From Haloferax volcanii DS2 (GTDB lineage Archaea; Halobacteriota; Halobacteria; Halobacteriales; Haloferacaceae), in the NCBI RefSeq assembly GCF_000025685.1, contig NC_013966.1, positions 450,001-482,000 of the forward strand: a stretch of 32,000 nt of DNA, written 5' to 3'. Position numbers and translations under genes: made by a program. Of this stretch, positions 15,929-23,682 are shown in pieces. The stretch's first letter is position 1. Every line of letters starts with the position of its first letter. The notes beneath the pieces were generated by a model. It searched no databases. It saw only the letters and a program-made list of their open reading frames with translations, and was not told the DNA's origin.

Positions 15929-16335
15929 CTGGCATGAAGAAAGGAGCTGGTGAAGATCCGTTTGCGGATGACTCGTCGACTGAGTCAGCGACCACTACAG
16001 AGACCCAGACGAAGGACTCAGAGCCCGAACCAGCCGAAGAAACGGATTCGAACCAAGCCGAGGGCGAAGACACCCAACAACCTCGCCAGCAGATCCAGAT
16101 TCCATACAAATTCCGCCGCGATGGCGTCCAAGACGGTCGTGACCGCGTCCCACTGTTCTTACAGAAGGAGACAAAAGTCGCAGAGCGAGACGCCCTCCGG
16201 GAGTTCGAAGACCGGTTCGAAGAAAACGTCTCACTCACCGACCTCCGTGAAGCGCTCATGAAGGTCGGCCTGCAGCACCTCGATGAAACAGAAGAGTGCC
16301 TCGAAGAGTGGGGCTACGGGATGACGTTCGACTAG
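15925..16335 (+). CDS. ParA-coupled acidic protein, a candidate partition adaptor or centromere-binding protein
   Basis: An ATGA overlap joins it to the parA stop. The N-terminal ~60 aa are D/E/T/Q-rich and low in complexity. The C-terminal ~70 aa read IPYKFRRDG..RVPLFLQKETKVAERDALREFEDRF... Confidence 0.6.
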   Translation: MTGMKKGAGEDPFADDSSTESATTTETQTKDSEPEPAEETDSNQAEGEDTQQPRQQIQIPYKFRRDGVQDGRDRVPLFLQKETKVAERDALREFEDRFEENVSLTDLREALMKVGLQHLDETEECLEEWGYGMTFD

Positions 16336-17010
16336 CCAAGAAACGGCGCTTACAGCAGTATGGGCGCGAAAATCGACAGCTGGCAGTCGGTCACGGGCCG
16401 AACTTGGAATCCACTGGGTGGTTTGTTGACCAAGAGAACGAGCGTCGCCTCCCTGGTAGCCCATTCTAAGGACCGAGGAGTTCGGAGGTAGCGTAATAAT
16501 AGCGTATTTCTTACATTCTCAATTACCTCATTGTCCCACAGAGACAACGAGGGTTAGCAAAATACCGGCAGGTCTGCGAGTTTGAGTGATAAATTATATA
16601 TCGCTATATCAAATTCCGGGGTGCGTCGCACCACTGTCTCGGCGTATGAAACCTGGCCTGTGTATGTTACCTCGCCTATTACTCCGGCCCACGTTGGTCC
16701 AACACCCTTCGGGTGGTATCTGACTGGACGGGTTACCGTCGTCGGACTGGCTCTTGTCGTGGGTGGAGCGGAGTACGGAGTTCGCCACGTCAGAAGGGTA
16801 ACAACAGGTCGGGCTCCGTACAAACCCACGACTGAGGGGCACAAAACGAGTAAACGGGTCCCGGACGGTGTATCCGGCAGGCAACGATGGACGAACGCGA
16901 ACGGGGTGGGGTGTGGAGACTCCGTTTCAGTACTGCCTCGTCTGGCGGCGTCGGCGGCGTGGCTCTCCATTACGCCGTCCACAGCGAAGAGGGCGGGGGA
17001 GTCTCGCCCG

Positions 17011-17805
17011 TCACCGGACGAGCGCCCTCGTGTACGCCGAGAGGCTCTCGGTCGCGACGACCACGCCGAGGATGACGAGCAGCACTGTCGCGACCGATTG
17101 CCACGCGAACGCGTTGACCGCTCGGAACAGTTGGACGCCGATTCCGCCCGCGCCGACGAACCCGAGTACGGTCGAGTCGCGGATGTTGATATCCCACCGA
17201 TAAATCGAGAGTCCGACCAACGCGGGCTTCACCTGCGGAAGGATGCCGTAGAGCAACACCTGCACCGAAGACGCGCCGGCCGCACGGACCGCTTCCACTT
17301 GGCCGAAGTCGATTTCCTCGATTTCCTCGCCCAGCAGTTTCCCGAGGAACCCGACCGAGCGGAACGCGATGGCGACCGCGCCCGCCAGCGGCCCCGACCC
17401 GAACATGACGACGAAGAACAGCGCCCAGATGATGGTGTTGACCGACCGGCTCACGGTCACGATGAGTTTTCCGAGCCAGAAGGTCACGGCGTTCGGAGTC
17501 GTGTTCTCGGCGGCGAGCAACGCCACCGGGACTGAGAGTACCAGCGCGCCGATGGTCCCAAGCGCGGCGATTTGAATCGTCTCGACCAGCGGTTCGACGA
17601 TGCGAGTGGTGTACGCCACGTCCGGCGGGTACATCCGAGTGAGGAGGTCGCCGACCTCCCGAGGAATCGTCTCCGGTCTGACGATGCCGATGTCCATGAA
17701 CTGCCACGACCCGACCACGGCGACGGCGGCAACCAACGTGAGGACGAAGCGGCTGATTCGCCGCCGCCGGTCGAACCGTTCCCATCGGCGCTCGTCGGTC
17801 GCCAT
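17011..17805 (-). CDS. phnE: phosphonate ABC transporter permease PhnE
   Basis: 264 aa, multi-TM, with the PhnE-type loop VEAVRAAGASSVQVLLYGILPQVKPALVGLSIYRWDINIRDSTVLGFVGAGGIG. Confidence 0.85.
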   Translation of the reverse strand: MATDERRWERFDRRRRISRFVLTLVAAVAVVGSWQFMDIGIVRPETIPREVGDLLTRMYPPDVAYTTRIVEPLVETIQIAALGTIGALVLSVPVALLAAENTTPNAVTFWLGKLIVTVSRSVNTIIWALFFVVMFGSGPLAGAVAIAFRSVGFLGKLLGEEIEEIDFGQVEAVRAAGASSVQVLLYGILPQVKPALVGLSIYRWDINIRDSTVLGFVGAGGIGVQLFRAVNAFAWQSVATVLLVILGVVVATESLSAYTRALVR

Positions 17806-18605
17806 CAGTTGTACCTCCGTCGGACGACCGCGCTCACGCCTTCAGCCACCAGCACGACCGCGATGATGGCCAGCAGAATAGCCGTGACGTACTGGTAGTC
17901 GTAACGGTTGAACGCGGTCAGGAGGACCGACCCGATTCCACCTGCGCCGACGATGCCGATGATAGTCGACGTGCGGATGTTGATGTCCCACCGATACACC
18001 GACAGCCCGGCGAACCGCGGGATAATCTGCGGGACGACCCCGTACAGTAGCGTCTGAACCGGCGACGCCCCGGCGGCCCGCACCGCATCGACGGACCCCA
18101 TGTCGATGTCTTCGAGGTCCTCGGCGAGTAGTTTCGAGAAGAAGCCGACCGTCTTGAACGTAATCGTGAGGATGCCCGCCAGTGGCCCGAACCCGATGGC
18201 CTTGACCGCGATGATGGCGATGATGATGGCGTTGAACGCCCTGGAAATCGAGATGAACCCCCGATTAATCGCGTACAACGGCTTTGGCGAGAGGTTCTCC
18301 GCGGCCATGAACGCAATCGGGACACTGAGAACGATGCCGGTGAGCGTCGAGACCATTGCCATCGCGACGCTTTCGAGCATCTTCCCGACGATTCGGTCGG
18401 CCTGTCGTGGGCTTGCCGACGGGGGGAAGAAATCACCGACGAGGGAGACGGCGCTTCCGAGTCCCCGTGCGATCCGTCCTGGGTCGGCACCGACTCCGAA
18501 CCCCGACCACACGAAGAAGCCGAGAACGCCGGCGTAGACCGCCCACTTCAGCTCTCGACGCCGAAAGACGGTCGGGCGTTCCCAGGTTCGTTCGCCGGCC
18601 GCCAC
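17805..18605 (-). CDS. phnE: phosphonate ABC transporter permease PhnE (second copy)
   Basis: 266 aa with VDAVRAAGASPVQTLLYGVVPQIIPRFAGLSVYRWDINIRTSTIIGIVGAGGIG. Its stop overlaps the next start (TGATG). Confidence 0.85.
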   Translation of the reverse strand: MAAGERTWERPTVFRRRELKWAVYAGVLGFFVWSGFGVGADPGRIARGLGSAVSLVGDFFPPSASPRQADRIVGKMLESVAMAMVSTLTGIVLSVPIAFMAAENLSPKPLYAINRGFISISRAFNAIIIAIIAVKAIGFGPLAGILTITFKTVGFFSKLLAEDLEDIDMGSVDAVRAAGASPVQTLLYGVVPQIIPRFAGLSVYRWDINIRTSTIIGIVGAGGIGSVLLTAFNRYDYQYVTAILLAIIAVVLVAEGVSAVVRRRYN

Positions 18606-18650
18606 GTTAGGTCCCCCCGCAGCGACCGGTCAACATCCGTCTCGACGGCG

Positions 18651-19187
18651 GTGCCGCCGGACGCTGACCCCGTCGAGAAACTCGTCGGGTTCGGCGTCCT
18701 CTCGGCAGACCCCGGAGACGACCCGGCGCTCACTCCCTCGTTCCGGGCCGCGTGGCACGAGACCGCGGAAACCCTCGCGGGCGACCCCGAGGCACTCGAC
18801 AGGGCGGCCGCGACCGTGACTACGGGCGACCGCCCGCGGATCACAGTGGCTGAGTCGGACGCCGACGGCGTCGTCATGAGGGCCGACGGGTCGTGGGTCG
18901 GGCAGTGGCCCTCGCGGACGGCACTCGTCGCCGACCTCGCAACCGAACGGACGCTCGCCGGACCCGCCTGGGACGCGCTCGGTCGCGCGGAGCGGGTCGA
19001 CCTCGCCGCTCGAATACGCGGACTGGTCGAACAGTGCCCGACCTGCCGCGGGCCGACCCGAGTCTCCGACGAGACGGTCGAGTCGTGCTGTCACACGACC
19101 GCTGTTATCGCGGTCTCGTGTGCGGACTGCGGCGACCGCCTCGCCGAGTTCGACCCGTCGCCGTCGCCGTTCGCGCCCGGGTCGTGA
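18651..19187 (+). CDS. hypothetical acidic protein with a C-terminal Cys cluster (CPTC..CC..CADC)
   Basis: 178-aa ORF with a GTG start and high GC3. The overlapping minus ORF 18630..19223 is Arg-rich antisense. The frame is open upstream of the GTG with no earlier start. Confidence 0.55.
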   Translation: MPPDADPVEKLVGFGVLSADPGDDPALTPSFRAAWHETAETLAGDPEALDRAAATVTTGDRPRITVAESDADGVVMRADGSWVGQWPSRTALVADLATERTLAGPAWDALGRAERVDLAARIRGLVEQCPTCRGPTRVSDETVESCCHTTAVIAVSCADCGDRLAEFDPSPSPFAPGS

Positions 19188-19310
19188 ACAGAGCGGCTCG
19201 AAACGAGCCGGCGAGAGGGGCAAAAGGGATGTCGGAGGACGCGGACAGCACCCGACCGAATCGGCACAATCGGTCTGCTTTCCGCGGAGTTCGCGGTGTC
19301 GTCGCCCCCG

Positions 19311-19961
19311 TCAAGGCCCCAACGCCGCGATATCGGCACCGACCGTCGCCAGTGCGTCGGCGGGGTTCGGGTCGCTATCGGCCAGGTGCGTGTACCGGTG
19401 GTTCGGAACCTCCGAGAGCGCCGCAGCGATGGACTCGCTGTACGTCTCGACGCCGGCCTCGGTGGGGTCGTTACCGCCCCAGACATCGCGGATGACGGTC
19501 ATCGAGTCGATTCGAACGTCCACGCTGTGTGGCTCGTAGCGGGACAGCAGTTCGGACAGGCCGAGTTGGAGGGCGACGTACTCGGCGGTGTTGTTCCCGG
19601 TCCGCGAGCCGACGGGGCGACCGAGTCGGGCGAGTTGCGCCTCCTCCGAGTCCATGATGACCGCGCCCGCGCCCGCGGGGCCGGGGTTACCGCGTGAACT
19701 GCCGTCAACGTACAGGACGAACGAATCATCGGTCGGCTCAGCGACGGGCGGTTTGGCGAGTTCTGCTGCCGACAGTTCACCGAGCGCGCGTCGCAGCTCT
19801 CCCCGTGTCGTCTCGGGGTCGAACAGACCGCCGTAGCCAGGGACGGCGTCGTCGATGGTATCGGTGGCGGTGGCCATCTCGTAACCGACGCCCGCGAGCA
19901 CCTCGTCGACGAGCGCGGCGAGCGGCGAGAGATGCTCGGCGGGAAGCGGCTCCTCGGTCAC
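19311..19961 (-). CDS. rnhA: ribonuclease HI (type 1 RNase H) with an N-terminal extension; the start is uncertain
   Basis: RNase H core: FVLYVDGSSRGNPGPAGAGAVI..GRPVGSRTGNNTAEYVALQLGLSEL..VRIDSMTVIRDVW. Candidate starts are GTG 19961, ATG 19877 and ATG 20228 (the longest ORF, whose first ~90 codons are Arg-rich). Confidence 0.75.
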   Translation of the reverse strand: MTEEPLPAEHLSPLAALVDEVLAGVGYEMATATDTIDDAVPGYGGLFDPETTRGELRRALGELSAAELAKPPVAEPTDDSFVLYVDGSSRGNPGPAGAGAVIMDSEEAQLARLGRPVGSRTGNNTAEYVALQLGLSELLSRYEPHSVDVRIDSMTVIRDVWGGNDPTEAGVETYSESIAAALSEVPNHRYTHLADSDPNPADALATVGADIAALGP

Positions 19962-20260
19962 GGTTCCGGGGCCTCCGTCTGGTCGCCGGTCCGCGCCCTC
20001 ACACCTCCGGTCTCGGTTGCGTTCGTCGGCCCGTCGAACAGCTGCATATCCGTTCTCGGTCGTCGAGCGGTATATCCCTTCAGGTGGTTCGCCCACTCGT
20101 TCGATGTCGTCTGTGACCGCCACCGGCGGACGTTCGCGGGTATCGAAGCCTGTGCGGCCGACGACGATGCGACAGACGGGGTTCGGATGTCGGCGCGCGG
20201 CGGGTGAGGCGCTCGGAGCCACACCCAAAACTATCCGTCTCGTCGTGGAACGAATCAGTC

Positions 20261-21094
20261 ATGAAGCCGTATCCGTCGACGCCTCTCCTCGCAGACGCCC
20301 CCGAGGGGTTGCTGTCGAGTGGTCACCTATGGCTCCGCGAGCACGTCGCCGGCCCCCGACTACGATTTCAGATGAAGTCGTCGGGCCGCCTGCTGTTCGG
20401 GGACCGGGATTGCGTCTTCGACGACGCGCCGCCGCCGCACGAGTGCGCCGTTCGACACGTTCGAGAGCGATTCGACCGCGACGCGTTTCGCGACGCAGTC
20501 GATGAGCCGAGGTCGTACGTCTTCTTCGGCGTCGCACCGTGTCACGTCGGTATTGACTACGACTGGGAGCGAATGCCGCCGTTTCTCGGTCGGGCCATCT
20601 GGAACGAGACCGACGAACGACTCGTTCCCATCGACGAGTCCGAGCGAGTGTTCGAACGGCTGGGTCTGACGCCGGTAAACACCTTCCAGAAGGAACTGAA
20701 CGTCCGTGACTTTCACCCCGACCGGCTCGATATCCCCGAGTCAGCGTGGTACGACGGACCCGCCGCGGGGGTTATCGTCGAGAATAGGCGCGGTGGACGC
20801 GCACTCGTCCAGGGGCCCGTCCTCGACGAGGTGGACGACTACGAGCCGATACGAGGAGAGCCGAACGCAATCGCCGCCGACCTCGTAACCGACACGCGGG
20901 TCCGCCGAGCCATCGAAGCCGCCGAAGCGGCTCGGAAGTCGCCCACGACCGACGAAGTTCACGCACGCGTGTTCGAGACGGCTGTTCGAGAGGAGTACGG
21001 CCGACTCGACCGGGGCCGCGTCGATTGGAAGGCGTTGCGGTCCGCAATCGGGTCGGCCGTCGCCGAGAAACGAAGTACGCTAACCGAGAGATGA
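20261..21094 (+). CDS. RNA-ligase-family protein (haloarchaeal type, recalled from similar annotated proteins)
   Basis: MKPYPSTPLLADAPEGLLSSGHLWLREHVAGPRLRFQM..GRLLFGDRD.. The ORF is open from 20204. The family assignment comes from memory of homolog N-termini and is not verified. Confidence 0.6.
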   Translation: MKPYPSTPLLADAPEGLLSSGHLWLREHVAGPRLRFQMKSSGRLLFGDRDCVFDDAPPPHECAVRHVRERFDRDAFRDAVDEPRSYVFFGVAPCHVGIDYDWERMPPFLGRAIWNETDERLVPIDESERVFERLGLTPVNTFQKELNVRDFHPDRLDIPESAWYDGPAAGVIVENRRGGRALVQGPVLDEVDDYEPIRGEPNAIAADLVTDTRVRRAIEAAEAARKSPTTDEVHARVFETAVREEYGRLDRGRVDWKALRSAIGSAVAEKRSTLTER

Positions 21095-21181
21095 GCTATC
21101 AGTCGAGAGTTCTGTCTTGACCGAGGAGTCCGGTCTCGACCGAGAACGCACCGAATGTGGGGAGCTAAGCGACGACGGTTC

Positions 21182-21814
21182 TCAAGCGTCTCCACTGTCA
21201 GCGTCGTCGGCGTCGGCCAAGAGCCTGTACTCGATATAGCTATCCAGCTCCGACCGAATGGAACGGGAGGCCCCTGTCGTCACCCGTTCGAAGGTGAGTC
21301 CGCTAACCAGCGTCACCAGAAAGCCCGTGACTAGTTCTGGGTCCACGTCTCTGAAATCCCCTGATTCGATGCCGTCTCGTAGTATCTCCCGTATCGTTTC
21401 GCGGAAAACGTCTTGGGACTGATTGAAACACGCTCGGAACGCTTCGTCTTGTGCCGCCTGCATCCGCAGTTCCGTCAGTACCGTTTCGTAATCCCGAATC
21501 TCTCGTTCGTCAGGTCCGGGGATGACCTGGTCGAGGAGGATTCGAAGTCGGGTTTCTGGGTCTCCGTCGTCAGCGACGGGCATCCCAACCTGTACGACTC
21601 GGTTAAGAAGGTAGTCGAGAAGGTCCAAGAGAACGTCGTCTTTTCCATCGTAATGGTAGAAGACCAGCCCTTCTGACTTGGAAAAGTGCTGGCTGATCCG
21701 GTCGATCGTCAGGTTGGCATAGCCGTGTTCGGCAAGCGCATCAAACGTCGCTTTCAAAATCTCGGTCTTGGTATCTTCGGGCTCATCGGCAAAAAGAGGG
21801 CCCCGTTTGTCCAT
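21182..21814 (-). CDS. TetR/AcrR-family transcriptional regulator
   Basis: HTH region TKTEILKATFDALAEHGYANLTIDRISQHFSKSEGLVFYHYDGKDDVL. ATG at 21814; the ORF is open to TTG 21892. Confidence 0.85.
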   Translation of the reverse strand: MDKRGPLFADEPEDTKTEILKATFDALAEHGYANLTIDRISQHFSKSEGLVFYHYDGKDDVLLDLLDYLLNRVVQVGMPVADDGDPETRLRILLDQVIPGPDEREIRDYETVLTELRMQAAQDEAFRACFNQSQDVFRETIREILRDGIESGDFRDVDPELVTGFLVTLVSGLTFERVTTGASRSIRSELDSYIEYRLLADADDADSGDA

Positions 21815-21872
21815 ACTGTTCGATTCCCCCTGCACCCAATTAGTGGTTACTCTCTCTGGACGACTCGGCTCT

Positions 21873-21885
21873 GTGATTGAATCAC
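21873..21885. promoter_or_regulatory. 13-bp palindrome GTGATT-G-AATCAC, a candidate TetR operator
   Basis: Perfect 6-bp arms. It lies between a TATA-like TATCTATCTATAG (21905..21917) and the TetR start, in the divergent region shared with the COG1361/MMPL operon. Confidence 0.3.
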
Positions 21886-22029
21886 CTGCCAACCCTGTCG
21901 GGAGTTATCTATCTATAGGCCGGTCGTACCTGTGTTTCGGAGTCGTCTTCTGTCCGCATTGAGGGTGCTACTGGCCGAGACCGACACATTAATCCGTCCG
22001 CTCGGGGTTTGACTAAGTACTCAGTAAGT

Positions 22030-23682
22030 ATGACACAGAATATACTTCGGAGCTCACGGTTGTTGACCGTCGCGCTTACGACCGTCCTCGTCATGGGACT
22101 GGTTGCCGGCGCGATTCCCGCCGTTGCGACCGCTCAGACATCGCAGTCTGGAAGTGTCGTTGGGAAACCAGATATCACGTTTGCAACTTCGTCCGGAACG
22201 CTCTCTGCGGGCACGACTGACGAGCTCGCAATCTCGGTCGTCAACCGCGGTCTGATTGTCGAACACGGTCCATCGCAGTACGAAGAGGAAGTGATGACTG
22301 CGAGGGGATTAACGTTCCAAATAGACGACGAAAACGCTCCAATCGACGTCCAAACCAGGCAGGTCTCTCTCGGGAACTTCCCGACTGGAAGCACCGAGAA
22401 GACAGTCTCGGTCACTATCCCGGAAGACGCTGAACCGGGAACCTATCAACTTCCGGTCACCTACGCGTATTCGCACACTCGCCAGCTTCGGTATAGCTCC
22501 AGCGGAACCACTGAGGGAACCGATTCCACGCGAACGGAGACCGGCACGATAACGATTCGAATCAACGACGACGCCCGGTTCGAAATCATCGAAACAAACG
22601 CGACGACCCAAGTCGGTGATGACAACGATATCTCGTTCACACTCAGGAACACCGGCTCGGAAGTTGCGAAAGCCGCGAGTGTGAACGCAGAGTCGAAGAG
22701 TAGCTCCTTGACGTTCGAGTCCGGCGACACGTCCTCGACGGCGTCCGTTGGCGACTGGGAGCCGGGCGAAAACCGGACGATTACGTACCGTGCAGCGCTC
22801 CAATCCGGCTCCGTCGCGCGCGCATATGCGCTGGACCTCGTGGTCAATTACGACGACAGTGACGGTATCAGTCGTGCGTCTAATCCGATTACGACCACTG
22901 TCGAGTCGCTCCCCGAGCAGTCGTTCGCCTTCTCTGACGTCTCCTCGTCGCTCCGAGTGGGCGAAGATGGAGAAGTCGTCGGCACAGTCGAGAACACCGG
23001 CCCTCACACGGTTCGAAGCGTGACTATTCGACCGGTTAACGGTTCGGAAACAGTCATTCCGGGTGAGGACTCCACCGCCGTCGGGTCGCTCGCACCGGGC
23101 GAATCCAAGTCCTTCCGCCTCCCGATGGAGGTTACGAGTGAGGCGGAGGTCGGTGACAAATTACTCAATGTCGAGGTTCGGTATCGTGACGGCGACGGAG
23201 ACCAGCGGACCTACGACAAACTCGACCTCCTGACGACTATCGGCCCGGACCGAGACGAGTTCGGACTCGCGGTTTCCGACCGGACGATTACCGTCGGTAA
23301 ATCGAGGGTCGTCACCGTCGAAGTGACGAACAACCTCAACGAGACGGTCACCGATATCGAAGCGCGTCTATTCGCTGACGACCCCCTCAGCGCCGCTGGT
23401 TCGGACACGAGCTACATCGAGTCCTTAGAGCCCGGTGAGTCCGCGACGCTGGCGTTCGAAGTGACGGCGTCGTCGGCGGCGACGGCGGGAAGCACGTACC
23501 CCATCTCGTTCGACTTCCGCTACACGGATAGTGACGGCAGCACGCACCTCACGGACACGTTCAGGAAACCGCTGGATGCCGTTCAGCCCCAGAACAGCGG
23601 CGTGTCGCCGATGACGCTCATCTTAGGGTTGGGGGTGGTTGTCGCAGGCGGTGTCGCAGTCGTCTACTGGAGGCGGAAGTAA
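22030..23682 (+). CDS. secreted, membrane-anchored surface protein with repeated CARDB/COG1361-like (S-layer-like) domains
   Basis: Signal peptide MTQNILRSSRLLTVALTTVLVMGLVAGAIPAVATAQ. About four repeats carry ..V.N.G......V......L.PGES.. patterns. A C-terminal TM helix is followed by RRK. Confidence 0.75.
   Translation: MTQNILRSSRLLTVALTTVLVMGLVAGAIPAVATAQTSQSGSVVGKPDITFATSSGTLSAGTTDELAISVVNRGLIVEHGPSQYEEEVMTARGLTFQIDDENAPIDVQTRQVSLGNFPTGSTEKTVSVTIPEDAEPGTYQLPVTYAYSHTRQLRYSSSGTTEGTDSTRTETGTITIRINDDARFEIIETNATTQVGDDNDISFTLRNTGSEVAKAASVNAESKSSSLTFESGDTSSTASVGDWEPGENRTITYRAALQSGSVARAYALDLVVNYDDSDGISRASNPITTTVESLPEQSFAFSDVSSSLRVGEDGEVVGTVENTGPHTVRSVTIRPVNGSETVIPGEDSTAVGSLAPGESKSFRLPMEVTSEAEVGDKLLNVEVRYRDGDGDQRTYDKLDLLTTIGPDRDEFGLAVSDRTITVGKSRVVTVEVTNNLNETVTDIEARLFADDPLSAAGSDTSYIESLEPGESATLAFEVTASSAATAGSTYPISFDFRYTDSDGSTHLTDTFRKPLDAVQPQNSGVSPMTLILGLGVVVAGGVAVVYWRRK

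Noticed and set aside
16364-16495. 43-aa ORF MGAKIDSWQSVTGRTWNPLGG.., whose TWNP motif recalls the N-terminus of phage Gp37/Gp68 (DUF5131) proteins
   Set aside because: Only about 6 residues resemble the family. The expected following Cys motifs are absent in all frames, so this is too weak to call even a pseudogene.
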